A stretch of 64,000 bases of DNA. Origin: Cycas panzhihuaensis (Eukaryota; Plantae; Cycadophyta). The translations under genes were made by a program, and so were the position numbers. Positions 27,170 through 40,468 of the stretch are shown piece by piece. The first letter of the stretch is position 1; each line of letters opens with the position of its first letter. The stretch lies in the NCBI GenBank assembly GCA_023213395.1, contig CM041465.1, positions 190,471,741 to 190,535,740 of the forward strand, read 5' to 3'. The notes under the pieces were generated by a model. That model did no database searches, was not told the origin of the DNA, and saw only the letters and a list, made by a program, of their open reading frames with translations.

Positions 27170-29560
27170 GTTTATTTGGTCCCTCAAACAGAAGAGCGAC
27201 CAATCTAATATCAATTTACTAAAGTATGGGAACATGAAGCTTACTCATTTTTATATTATTTCGCTAAGGATTTTATTTACCTTACATCTCACATGATAAT
27301 CCTAATACCCAGGCTTGATCAAGGTGCTAAAGAATGGATAAAGGAAATTGATAAGAGAAGAAATAGGGGTTTTTATTTATTCAAAGATTATACAACTATT
27401 TGGTTGTATAAGGGTTGGCCTTTTACCTTCCCAGATATTCTCCTTTTAAATTTTTATTTATTTATTTATTTATTGGCAAGTACCATTTATTAGAGGTAGA
27501 TTAAATAATTTTAAGTACCCCATGAACCTCACTATATCCACATAGGACATTGTCAAGTCTTGGGATAGAATGAGATAACACAATTATATAAACTAATTTC
27601 TGCTAGTGCTCAGAGCCTAAAGAAGATACCACCTAGATATTATGACCTAAATGATTCCTCAATAATTTATCTAAGGACTATAAGACTAATACTCACTACA
27701 CATGAGGTCAATAAATTAGAAAAATATAAGAACTAAGAGGATGACCAATTTATAATAAAATAGGACCTAATGTTGTTTATAGGGAATGAAAGTATAAGGC
27801 TGTTAATTGAGGGAATAACTGAAGGAACTATTGAAGAAGGGCATGATGTGCTAGAGGAAGAACTAGAATTAAGTAAGGTTGTTTTGTTTAAGAGACCATT
27901 ATAAGAGGTCAAGAAGATAAAAAGGACCAGAGTTAAAGAGACACCTATTGATACTAATGAGAAGAGGAAAATACCTAGGACCCCTATGACAGTACTATCT
28001 ACTTAGATAACTCCTTAATAAGCATCAACACTAGGTCATTTATTAATGGAAGAGTAAATGTTAGCAATGCTAAAGAGATTAGTCATTAGCATTCATCTTC
28101 TCCTCCTCTAATATGAACCTATATACCTTCTATTTAAACTTAAAAATAGGGCCTTACAAATAAGATGAAAGCATCAATGGAGTAGACTTCCCTTGAGGCA
28201 CCGTTGATAAGAGCATCATTGATAAATGATGATATAAATATGGCAATGATAATAAGTGTTCTAAAGAAAGTAATAATACTCAAACAGGTGGGATCAACCT
28301 CCAAGAGACTAACCAAAACCATTAAAAGTATGCACTTAATATTTATAATAACAAAAAAGATAGTAAAAAAAATAATATAAGAGGTTATAGAGAGGATGAT
28401 AAAGGGCATAGTTCTTGTTGTTACCTAAAATTGTAAAGGAGGGAATAGACACCATATAAATCCTAGAAGCCCAACTAGTTGGGGGCAAAGTCTAGTAGTC
28501 ACCACAACCAATAAGGGTTATACCTCAATATGTAGAAGACCAACATACAGAAGAGGATGTGACTGAGCAACCAAGTATCTCACTTAACCCTACCCTTATA
28601 AAGGTGGAAAGGATTGGTTATGAGTATATTAAAAAAGTAGCTAGATCATATATTCAAGAGGTGAAGCTTTCCAAAGAAAATAATTCCATTAGGGAGAGGA
28701 AGTTCCAAACATCTAGATGGGAGAAGAAAATATAATCTACCCTTTAATCCTATACATGGATGACATGCCATTAATGGCCCTAAGCTAGGAAGGATAACCA
28801 ACTAAAGAAACACAACTTGATAAATGAGTGGCTAAACAAATGAAGGAAAGATAACTAACACTAGTTCATGCTGAATTTCTAACCTTTGATATAACTATCA
28901 AAGAGAGTTTCTATTACTAGAATAGGAAACATAAAACCTTAAAAGAGGCAATCATTAAATGAAAGAGGAAAGTTAGAATGACATCTCTGTCATTTAAGAA
29001 AGTTATAGTAGCATAGTTTGTAGAATTACATATTGGTGCAAGACAAGTGAAGATAAGGTGATTGATTTGCAAGATTAATTACAATTGATGGTGTAGGAGA
29101 ATGAGGCTCATTGACTTGAAAATATAAATATTAAAGAACAAATTGAGCAATTCTATAAAGCTTAAAGTGACAATATATTAATTAAATTCATAGAGGAAGT
29201 TCTTATACTTAGAATTAAAGAAGTGATAAAAATAATAAGAGCAGATACCAAAATCTTGTAATTCATGGTAAGTTTGGTAACCATGTTATACAAGGAAGAG
29301 GAACACTTGATACGCTTACTCTGTGGTGTATTTAATAGGGGCACCAATATTCAAAAAAGAGTAAAAAGATTAAGTGAAGGAATAATCAACCTAGTCTTAT
29401 CTTATCAAAAAGAATTACAAGAAGGTAGTAATTTTAATAAATTTAAGAAATAATTGACTACTAATCTATCTCGAACTAATAATTTTGATAAATCTTTTAC
29501 CCTCAAGTGGTAGTTTATTTTAGATTTAAACATAGAAATGGGTAGAATAATTGAAAAATA
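27170..29560 (+). pseudogene. Decayed retrotransposon accessory ORF, 3' part, with a coiled-coil-like end
   Basis: IPRLDQGAKEWIKE...FYLFKDYTTIWLY, then a Glu/Lys-rich region with many TAA/TAG stops. Confidence 0.5.
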
Positions 29561-29639
29561 AATTAAGAAAGCTAAGTTGTGAGTCATTTTATGTTTGGCC
29601 TCATATCTATTGCCATTTTTTTTATCATGGTATGTCAAC

Positions 29640-30060
29640 TAAAGGAGTAGATGCATGCCCAAATGACTCTGATACTAGATGTAGGAAAACAATCGATGGA
29701 GAATATAGTAGAACGTAAACAAATAATCATAGATCAATACATTATTATTGCATAAACATACGAGCTTTTGTATTCAATCCATTTTTGTAGAGAGAGCATT
29801 ATAAATATCCAAAAGTAGGCAGTGTCTAAAGACACCAAGGTTGCACACCCCTCCAAATATATAATATGGAGGAGGAGGGAAACTCCTCAACCCCTAAAAT
29901 TTAAATAACAATAAAATATAACTTAACTTAACTCAAATGAACTTAACCTTACCTTATACTTACATTCACACATGAGCACCCACATGTGTAAATTGATGAG
30001 AGTAGGGTGTGCACTCCTGTTTGGAAGGTGGGAGTGGGGTGATGATCATTAACCCTAACA
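29640..30060 (-). repeat. 3' LTR of element A (contains a PBS copy at 29666-29677)
   Basis: Direct repeat of 35205-35620. Confidence 0.93.
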
Positions 30061-30089
30061 TTCTCCCCTTTAATGGTCATCACAAATAA

Positions 30090-30772
30090 CTTATCTTCTC
30101 TTTAAACTTGTGGAATTTGTACTTGAAAAAAACTTTAAAAATCTATTTTATAACTTGATCTTTATTAACTTGCTTCATCCTCTTAGCAATGTGTGTATCT
30201 TCACCATTGAGTGGTGCAAAACATCTGTAAGTAAATGTAGCTTGGTTCAAATGTGGATGTGTGGCTACAACTTTGACTTTAACTTCTAGAACTTTAGCTT
30301 TATCTTCTAAAAACTTTATGTTATGAGTAACTATCCTATCATTATATTTCCCCTCATCAAATGGAGGATTAGGTTCTCATACAATAAGATGATAATATAT
30401 TTGACTTGAATCTTCCTTAGTCTTCTCATTATAATCCACTTGTTCTAGCACTTGTCTCATATGCTCAACAAAATCAATGTTAAATTTATTGAGGGTATCT
30501 CCCCCATAAGTAGAAACTAATATGTCCTACACAGATTTGGAAGTTGTTAGTTCACAAATTTTAGAAAAGACATTATCATCTATAGTGCAAAACAGTAAAG
30601 CTAAGGCTTCATTGTCTTTTCTAATGTTTTCATTAATATTAACATCATATTCATCTTATAAATAACTCCAAAGATTATTTGTAATAAAATAATTTTTCAT
30701 TGTTTTATGCCATTGTAAAAAATTATGGCTGTCAAATATAGGAAATTGTACTCTATTAATATTGATTGTCAT
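30090..30772 (-). pseudogene. Truncated copia gag followed by an RNase H tail-like remnant
   Basis: MTININRVQFPIFDSHNFLQWHKTMKNYFITNNLW...KDNEALALLFCTIDDNVFSKI matches the copia Gag N-terminus. Confidence 0.8.
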
Positions 30773-32056
30773 TTTACCGAAAACTTTAGTACATAAAAGA
30801 AATATACTTTTACTAAGTCAAAAAACTCAATAAATAACAAACTTATAAGATATAAGTTTAGATAAACTTTGAAATATGATGAATATATAAGTAAATTTTA
30901 AATGTAACTAGGATTCTCTTAATTATATAAATCTGAATTAAAACTTTGATGATGAAAAATAAAAGAATTCTCAACCTTTTAATTTTTTAAATGTTGGGAT
31001 ATGTCAAATGCTCAAGTTTAGGTGAAATTTCACCAATTTGAAGATCAATGAAAAGATTATTTAATGGAATAGACTGTTTTAAAAACAGGTTCCTACAAGT
31101 TAATATTTTAATGAACCAAAGATATAGACCTCTTTTTGAAGATTAACAGGAGTCTAGGACTCAAAATATTTAAAAATGCTAGTAAAATACTTATAGAATG
31201 CTATAAAAATGATCTATTATAGTTTATAATATTGTTCAATATACTTTTCAATTGAAAACTTTGAGAAATAATATAAAATATATGTAATAATTATAGATTT
31301 AAGACTATTATATACCTTGATTTTGATGGCTTTCAAAATTAATAGAAAACACTTTAAAAATTATAGAAAATAGTGTTAGTTATAAGAGGAGTGAGTCAGC
31401 TTCTCAACGAAACTGGCGGATCTGAATTCTGATGTAAAACAGAAAAGTTATAATAAAAGTAACAAGTACTTTTATGGTAAAATATTTAAAAAATGTTAAA
31501 GTGTCACTTTCAGTGATTAAAATAATGATTAAAGTAAATCCTAAAAAATAAATTGAATAGATGGTGATAAATTTTGTTGATAATAGATTACTGTACGATA
31601 GATCCAAGTAGAAAATAATCTCTTGTTGATAAACTATAATATGTTAAGAACGAGATTTTGTGAAAATAATTTAAAATGGCTTTGAAAATGAATAACTGAC
31701 CTTAAATTGACTGAAAATGGGTCAAATCAGTTCCAAATAGGTCGTATGACCAGTCAAAATCATGCTTCAGAAAATTTCAGATGCAATGGGACTAGTTTCG
31801 TTAGAAACTAATGACCTAGTCAAACGTTATGGCAAAATTTTACTAGGTATCCTATGTGAAATGAAAAAATAAAAAATAAATAAAAAAAGGAAAAAATGGT
31901 ATAAAACTTATGTTAGTCTCTTTTTCTACTGGTGGCTGGTCATATGGGATAATACGAGACTATAGGTTAAGGTCTAAGGGCCCTAATAATTTAAAACTCT
32001 AGAATTCAATTTATATACAATAAAGTTTAATTTCTTTTTTTAACTTTTTATATAAA

Positions 32057-32264
<208 letters not shown>

Positions 32265-32549
32265 ATATGTATATATATATGTATATATAAAGTATGTTTT
32301 GAATAAAAAGTCATCGGTATTACCTGAGTTGCCCCCATTGTTGCACATGTCATTGCCACAACTACCACATGTAGAAAGCCATGGAGACGTCATCGTTGGA
32401 CCAATGAACAAGAAGATCTACTCACAGTATTAATCTTCAATCTGGTATAGATTAGAGAGGGTAAAGTTAGTCTGATTATCATTGCAACGTATATTTGTTT
32501 TGATCAGTCGGTGATTGATGCTAGGGAGTAGAAAGATTTTTTTTTGTAC

Positions 32550-32771
32550 TTGATTATGGTTAAGGAGGATGATGAGGAGGTGTAACTGGGGTTCGATTCT
32601 GCACGGCATTCAACAAAAGGGAAGGAGATCAACAAGGATATCATGTCGTGGAAGTCGCTGAATGGGAAAGATTCCAAGCCATTTTCCAGGTATGAGGTCA
32701 AATATTCTGGGAAGGCTCCACAGATTGTGAGTGTGAAAATAAGCCCTCGACAAATTCAACAGCCGAGGTAG
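32550..32771 (+). pseudogene. Captured 3' fragment of an ERD15/CID-like gene, followed by UTR-like sequence
   Basis: Frame ends SRYEVKYSGKAPQIVSVKISPRQIQQPR*, matching the ERD15-family C-terminus (KYxEKPxKIVSxKxSPRxIQQPR). One internal TAA. Confidence 0.72.
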
Positions 32772-33335
32772 AGCCCATGTTAAATCTGGGTGGTTATTTG
32801 TGAATGTAATGGGATAGGCCTCTTTCTGTTTATATAACCCAAGGCCCTTTTTCTCACAATTAAGTCTTCATAGGTATATAGTTGTTATTGTATCTTTTGA
32901 TCTTCAATGTAACCTTCAATAAACAAGGCATGGGACAATAAATATGAAGGAGAGGATCCAATATCTATTATTCAAGAAGGCAATATGCTCTTTGGAATTG
33001 GACATAGGTGTAACAGTTCTCTCCAGAGAAAGAAGAAAAACAACGACCACGGTCTCCACGTAGAGTATTGCACCAAGGGGAGAAGGTTTTCCTGGAAGAC
33101 TTGGTCTTTATAGTGGGATTTGAGTCCGGGACTTGTTTTTTTCACAAATGCTTATCAAAGATCTAAGCTCGATAGCCCAAGATCTTCGTTTTAATATATT
33201 TCTTTTGGTTTTAGAAGGTGATAATAATGGAAACATCCACCCTGATGCAATCATTAGCTATATTGTCTTTATTTTCTAAAATAAACATTTGTGTTTTTGA
33301 TCCCAGCAGACGCACCAACATATAAATGTTACTTT

Positions 33336-33506
33336 GATGTGGAAATGGTTGATGTAGAGGACGTCCTCCTAAATATTGATGAAGGAGATCTCAATAATCC
33401 ATTGGCAGTGGTTGAATACGTCGAAGATATATATAAGCTTTATCGTAAAATTGAGAAGTTGAGCTATGTACCAGATTATATGGCAACCCAGTCAGAGATC
33501 AATGAG
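33336..33506 (+). pseudogene. Captured fragment of a plant B-type cyclin
   Basis: NIDEGDLNNPLAVVEYVEDIYKLYRKIE...YMATQSEINE is the CYCB segment just before the MRAIL cyclin box. It breaks off there. Confidence 0.9.
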
Positions 33507-34419
33507 AATGCACTGACTAAACCCAACCTAGTGCAGTATTTGAATAAAACATAGATACTTATTTCTTCTATGGAATTTATACTGATATTTATCCAAAACA
33601 GGCTCAACCCAAAAGGAGATTTTGAGAAGACTTGAGATTCACTTATTTCTCTAGTTTCATATGAAAAATGTCTATGTAAAACTTTTAATTTTCAACAAAT
33701 TTTAAAGAAGCGTAATGCAAAATACTTGGATTTTTCTTATATATAATGATACCAAAATGTCAAAGAAATGAGAGGGATTAAATTGTTTATTATATTAGGT
33801 CTACCATATGCAACGTAAGGAAGCATGCAACAAGTTGTTAAACCATTTCTAAAGGTCTTACGTCTTGTATTCAAGTTTTATCTTATAAATGTTCTAATAT
33901 TCAAAGCTAAGCCAGAAGGTTATAAATGTGCTTATAAGTATATCTTCTAGTTTATAACTAGTTATGTTGTCCTTATAGGAAATGATTTTGTCTCTATTTT
34001 GCCAGATGGGGTTAATATGGAATCAGTGATTTCAAATGAGAAAAATAATTAGAATAAAAAATCAAAGAGTTCCAGAGACAAATCCAAATGGATTTATGGA
34101 CTATTTTTTGCTTAAAAATAAATAGAATGATGAACTTTATTCTTATAATATGAAACTCAAAATCTTATGAGTTTATTCTAAAATAAGGAAAGATGATAAA
34201 AAATATATTGAAATCTGGTGATTCAATGGAGCCACAAATTAAAACAGAATTTTTTTTAAATATTGAAGAAAGTATATCAAATAGATAAAATGTATATATA
34301 TTTGTATATGAAATCTTTCAAATATATTAGAGTAAATATGTCAAAGAAATGAGAAATATATATGTTTTATATCTAAAAAACTGAAGAACCTGGTAATGCA
34401 GCTATGGCTAATTTATAGT

Positions 34420-34980
34420 AGATAAACTTTCAAAAATCAGATCTACTTTCACACAAGTCAAAACTTCAAACAGATTTCTCTAGTAGATAGATCTGCTGTA
34501 GTATATGGCTTGTCAGGATGAATATGCTCCAAAACTTGCACAGATCTGAAAAAAGATATTAAGTAAGTTAACCAAATATATAAAAAATAGTCAAATATTC
34601 AATAAAATATATAGATCTAAAAGAAAATTTGAATAAATATTACAGATCTGAAGTAAATATTACAGATCTAAAGTAAATATTGTAGATCTGTAGCCAATAT
34701 TGTAAATATAAACAAAATAAACTAGAAAATGGTTAAATATTTGATAAAATAAGTAGATCTAAAGAATATATAGAAGATCTGAAGAAAACATCAATAAATA
34801 TTACTTACAATTATGCTCCTATATAGATCTAAAAAAAATATTAGATAAATAGATAAAATATGTTTGAAAATGGTTAAATATTTGACAGAAATATATTAAA
34901 CTTATTGATAAAACCATTGTAGAGTGATAAAAACTTAATATTTATTATTTGCAGCTATGCACCTACATAGATCTAAAAAA
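34420..34980. repeat. Cluster of AGATCT-containing degenerate repeats in the element A leader
   Basis: More than 10 agatct motifs, including a 20-bp unit tacagatctgaagtaaatat repeated three times at 34641-34700. Confidence 0.65.
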
Positions 34981-35190
34981 TATCTAAAATATATTTGTTG
35001 TTTTACAAGTATAATTCAAGAATAATCAAATCTAATAAAAAATAATACAAGAAACTATTAAAAAACTTTTATAGAAGATAAATATAACCGATATTTGCTA
35101 GCTTATGGGTAGATCTATTTCAAATGGCAATAAATCTCCCTTCTTCTAAAAACAAAACTTCACATGGAGGTGCAACCTTTGGCAACCTTG

Positions 35191-35202
35191 TATCTGATAC
35201 CA
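35191..35202 (-). promoter_or_regulatory. tRNA-iMet PBS of element A (outside the LTR)
   Basis: tatctgatacca, 2 nt from the LTR edge. Confidence 0.8.
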
Positions 35203-35204
35203 GA

Positions 35205-35620
35205 TGAAGGAGTAGATGTAGGACCAAATGGCTCTGATACCAAATGTAGGAAAATAATCAATGGAGAATAGGGCAGAATATAAATAAGTAATCATAGATT
35301 AATAAATCATTGTTGTATAAATATAAGAGCTTTTGTATTCAATCTATTTTTGTAGAGAGAGCATTACAAATGTCCAAAGGTAGGTGATGTCTAAAGACAC
35401 TAGGGTTGCACACCCCTCCTAATATATAATTTGGGGGAGGAGGGAAACTCGTCAACCCCTAAAATTCAAACAACAATAAAATATAACTTAACTCAAATAA
35501 ACTTAACCTTGCCTTATATTTAGCTTCACATGTGAGCACCCACATATGTAAATTGATAAGAGTGGGGTGTGCACTCCTTGTTAGAAGGTGGGAGTGGGGT
35601 GATGATCATTAACCCTAACA
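35205..35620 (-). repeat. 5' LTR of element A (contains a perfect PBS copy at 35231-35242)
   Basis: tgaaggag...aaccctaaca, direct repeat of 29640-30060. Confidence 0.93.
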
Positions 35621-35625
35621 CTAAC

Positions 35626-37400
35626 AAATGATAGAATCATTGATAAATAGGCCTTTTTTACTATAATAACAAATAAAATTAATGTAGAATGCCAACAACT
35701 AAAGTTTGATCATGAGGGCCTACCATTAAGTGTTAAAGCAATTAATGATGCAAAGGATAATGATTATATTAATTACTATAAGGAAAGAAAATCTCTCATA
35801 TAAACATATCATGTGTATATAAAAGGCCCAATGCATATTGGACAAGTGTCACAAGTATATGAAAGAGGAATTAGATACATAACCCTCAATTTTATCTTAG
35901 GAACCACAAAAGATATAATATTATTATTATTCTAATACCCTCTCTTAATATTTTATCTTTTGTTTTCAACTCCAAGTAGCTTCCTAAGATATTAAAATTT
36001 ATCTTTTAAAAGAGCTTTGGTAAAGATATTTATTAGTTATTCTTCACTACTACAATATCATAGGTTGGTTTCTTTACTTTAAACTTTTTCTCTGATGAAG
36101 TGATGGTGTGCTTTAATGTCTTTTGTTTTTGCCTGAAACATTAGATTTTTTGTTAATTTGATAACACTTTCATTATCACAAAAAATAGTTATGGGTTGCT
36201 TTTATTTCTACTTCATATCCTTAAATAGTTATCTGATCCATACACCTTCATATATTATAGTTATAGTAACTTTGCATTCTACTTCTATGGATGAGTACTA
36301 CTATAGATTGTTTCTTACCACTCTAGGAGATTACTATAGATCTAAGTAATAAGTAGTATCTTGTGGTAGCTTTTCAATACTATCTCCCACCTAGTCAGAA
36401 TCACTATATCTAATTAGTTGATGGTTTATAGTTTAGGTATAATTGAGCTCCATTGTTTGAGTTCCTTTTATGTACTTGAGAATTCTTTTAGAAGCATTCC
36501 AATATGATAATTTTGGCTGCTGCATAAATCTAAAGATGACTCCTACCAAATATAAGATATATGGTCTTATTATTATGAGATAGATACGACTATATATCAA
36601 CTATTTGTATAGTGTTCCATATACATTTGACCATCGTCGTATGTATTTAGAATGCATCCTATTTTCATTAGAGTGGTACAGTTATTATAGTTTTTCATTC
36701 TAAAATTTTGAAGAAGTTTTTTCATATTTTTTGTCTGAGATATAAAAACATATCCTTTTTATTATCTTACTTTAAGTTCCAGATAATAATGTAGTAAGCT
36801 CATATCTATCATTTGAAACAAACTCTCTATTTGAGATTTGAGTTGATATATTATTTCATCATCATTTCTTATAACTATTATGTTATCTACATAGACTACA
36901 ATGATAATTATTTGATTATCTTTATTTATTTTAATATAGACATTGGGGTTAAAATCATATCTATGAAAACCTATCTATCATAGATGTTGATCCAACTTTA
37001 CATACCATGCTGTAGGTACCTACTTTAAACCATACAAGCCCTTTCTTAACTTGTAGATAAGATGTTCTTAGTTAATTTTAATATATCCTATTAGCTAATG
37101 TACATAAAATTCTCCAATCAAATCTCAATTTAAAAAGACACTTTTGACATCAATTTCAATGATTATCTAATTATTTTCAGTTGTTATTGCTATCACTATT
37201 CATATAATGATTAATTTAGCTATTGGTGAAAAGGTATCTTTATAGTTTACACCTTCAATTTGAGCATAGCCTTTTACAACCAGTCTTGCCTTATATCTTT
37301 CAATAAATCCATCTAATTTCTCTTTTATTTTGATAATGGATTTATTTGATGGCCTCATCTGGGTGGATAGATTTATTATCTATAGTTTATATTAGGAAAT
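35626..37400 (-). mobile_element. Degenerate Ty1/copia RT-RNase H with PPT and 3' LTR remnant
   Basis: Minus strand carries [41 protein letters not shown] and DIFTKAL. PPT complement ccctctctt at ~35938. Confidence 0.85.
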
Positions 37401-38559
37401 TTTATCTAAGCAGTACACATTGATCAACTATTTTATAGTCATATTATAGAATTTTTTTCTTTTCAGTTGGACATTTGATATAATTGAATCTTTAGAAATA
37501 TAATGAAGTCATTACATTTTCCTTTAGTCTATTATGATCATTATCTAATGGGTTGATGGTGAATGAGTTATTTTCTTATAGAAAGGATTATTACTAGGCT
37601 TAATATGTATAATCCTCCTACTGTCAGCTCTTTATTTTCTTTCTGGTAAAATATTATATGTCAAATCTCTAGTAAACAAACCTTAATGAGTCATTTGATA
37701 GAGAACTATTTTTTCTTGATAATTCGAGAGTACTTATAATAGGGCATATTTAGTTAAGTCCTCCTATTATTATAAAGAGTCTTGATGATGCTAAGATTTA
37801 CATTTACTTGACATGGTTCTAAGCCTTTTATTTATCAAGAAGAAAGTATCATAAGTTGTAAAATTATTTAGACTCTACTAATATCTATAATTTATAGTAT
37901 CTCTTGATTTTAGAAGAGTTGGGATAGTTATAGCTAGGCATAATGCTTATTATCTTACCCCTTTCATTTTGTAACTGTCTTACCTTTTCTCTCCTCTTCA
38001 TTCCTTATTCTATTTCCCCTATCCTTTTATTACAAGAGTTTCACCTATAGGATTATCCAGATGATCAACAGAAGGATCTTAATTCATGTAATTTAATTGA
38101 TCTAAGTGAGTTGTGTACTTTCTCATTATTAGCCTATAAACACATAAATAAGTACACAAAAGGAAATTTGGACTGGTAGTGGAAAGTTAAAATAACACCA
38201 TCACTACAAACCATACTAGTAAATAAGTAGTCCAACAATAGAACTTTATTCTAGCCTATATAGTGAGAAGGGCATGCAGTTTTATCAAATTCATATAAAG
38301 GCCTATATATGTATTATAAATATTTCTCTTTCTTTTTCTTTATGTAATTTATTTATTTATATTTTCTAACAATAATAAAATTGGATCAATAATTTAGCAT
38401 GCACGTTACCCATTCTTAAGTGAATAGAGATTTCCAAGAGATTTTTGTTTAGTGACCGAATTCTAGGAGAAGAAGTGTATATTTTTTAGAAGAGATAGAA
38501 TTAAAAGATTTTCTACCCTTATAACAACATCAAGAAGAATTTTTACAAGTTTAGGAGGT

Positions 38560-38753
38560 GGTTGGCACTGAGAATGAAAATGTTCATCATGATTTCCATG
38601 GAAGAAGAAGAAATTAAAATTGTCAAAGAGGTGAGGAGGCCAATGCCTTACCATGGATGAAGAATAATCCTTTGAATTTAGGAAATAATCTTCATAATGT
38701 ACTAAATAACTCTTGGGATGTATGCCTAAAGTTTGTTGGCGATGGTTCAATAA
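38560..38753 (+). pseudogene. Ty3/gypsy gag fragment, 5' part (target of element B)
   Basis: PWMKNNPLNLGNNLHNVLNNSWDVCLKFVGDGS; the reading continues after 43850. Confidence 0.65.
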
Positions 38754-39146
38754 TGTTGGGGGTTAGTGCCCCTCACGTAACACCCCCATATTTGGAGCAT
38801 ATTAGTGCACACTTTCTCATGGTAAGTTAAGGCGAGTTTACTTTATTATGTTTTGTTATTATTTTAATGTCAAGTTATTATTTTATATTTTTCAAATTTT
38901 GGAGGTTGAGGAGGTTTTCCTCCTACTTCTGAAGTTTATATCTTATAGGGTGCATAACTCTAGTGTTCTTCAACACCACCAAATATTGGAAATTATATTG
39001 TACTCTTCACATGGCTTAATGAAAGGATGTTTTGAATATTGATTTTCAATATGGCTTGAGTTATATGTAATCACCTGCTTAGCTCTCTCTTACATTCTTC
39101 AATTATAACATTGTATCAGAAGCTATTGGACATCTAATTTCTAACA
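38754..39146 (+). repeat. 5' LTR of element B (PBS copy at 39111-39123)
   Basis: tgttggggg...ctaaca, direct repeat of 43451-43845. Confidence 0.93.
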
Positions 39147-39849
39147 TGATATTGAGTAAATCCTAATGCATAGCTTTTAGTTTTTCATTCACTCAATAAA
39201 AGTGCAGCATAAGACAGCTTGTTGGATTCCTAGTAGGATGATCTACTCAACAAAGAAAATGGATTTAAAGATTTATTAGAGATCCGTTAGAGGTAAACTT
39301 TAGTAAAAGTAAGATTCTAAAGCAACATTTACTGAATATTTCATTTATTTTTTGACATTATTTAATATATAGTTTTTGAGAAATATTTAATATTTTGATA
39401 CTTAAGAATTATTTGATTAGTATTTCTTCAATATTTATAGCCAAATTGATCATATTTCATACAACAATATGCTAGTTTAATTATTTTTTAAATTTGTTTA
39501 ATAAACATCCCGTTTTCCATTAATTTTCACCATTTTTTCAATGGTTTTGCAAGGTTCCTTGTCTTTGACAGGCTAGTGTGATCTCCATGCTACATGAAAC
39601 TTTAGTAAATGACTACTCATTTTGATCATGACTAAGTTTACTTCATAATAGAAGAATCTATTCATCATTTCATCCATCCTAAGCAGAGAAATCTCTCTGA
39701 GAGTATTGAGTACTCCTTAGGTGTATGAAAACCCCACTAATTTTCTCTTTGTTTCTTTTATATTTTGGTATCTTTTTGTAGTCTAACCTATTCTACAGTG
39801 TTGGGTGCCCCTCGACACTGATTTTGAGTGAATCATAGAGCTCTCCTCC

Positions 39850-40055
39850 TCACAAAGATAGGCCATTAGTGTTCCATGTCACTTCATAAGCTTTAAAGCA
39901 CAAATATGTTGTTCCAAGGGAACTAGGGCTGAAATCTCTCACATGATCCATAGTGTTCACCCATGTTTCTTTAACAACCTTCTCCTTCAATGTGAGAGTA
40001 GCTTTAAGAAACTTTTTAGTGGCAGATGGATAAGGGTTCAATAAGCTTAGTCATT
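39850..40055 (-). pseudogene. Captured N-terminal fragment of a LanC-like (GCR2/GCL family) gene
   Basis: TKL/LNPYPSATKKFLKATLTLKEKVVKETW...VRDFS..SLGTTYLCFKAYEVT..NGLSL parallels GCR2 as recalled (TKLLSLPY...ALSIKDKVVWETW...VRDYNLYTGVLGTAYLLFKSYQVT..DDLKLC). Confidence 0.82.
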
Positions 40056-40468
40056 ATTAATCCTATATAAATTATTTCTCTCTTCCTTCTTTATTTTTTA
40101 TAAAATACATTTATATATTTAAAATATTGAAGTTTTTATTCAATTTACTATTGGTGCCTCTACGTGTTGGCACTCCACTCTTTTCTATACTATGTGGCCT
40201 TTTTAATCAAATTGATATCTTAACCTTATCACCATCATCACATGTCTCTGCACTTATGGCTTGGGCAACTCTGATCTATCCCATATTTTCTCTTAGTGGC
40301 ATGAATCTACCTCCCGCAGTTGTTTTTCTCATGATGGGGTTTGGTATTACATCACATCTAATTACCCTAAATTGTTCTCCTAAACTTAAAATAAGTGGAA
40401 GAGAGGATAAAAGCAAGAGAGATCTGTTTCTAGAATTTCACTTCGAACATGTTGACTTTTATTTACAG

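Noticed and set aside
33291-33554. Functional cyclin gene
   Set aside because: Lacks the cyclin box and destruction box, lies inside an LTR element, and no other exons are nearby.
34420-34980. CRISPR-like array
   Set aside because: Repeats are short, degenerate and irregularly spaced, in a eukaryotic retroelement context.
35191-35242. tRNA gene
   Set aside because: Only the 12-nt PBS matching the tRNA-iMet 3' end; no cloverleaf.
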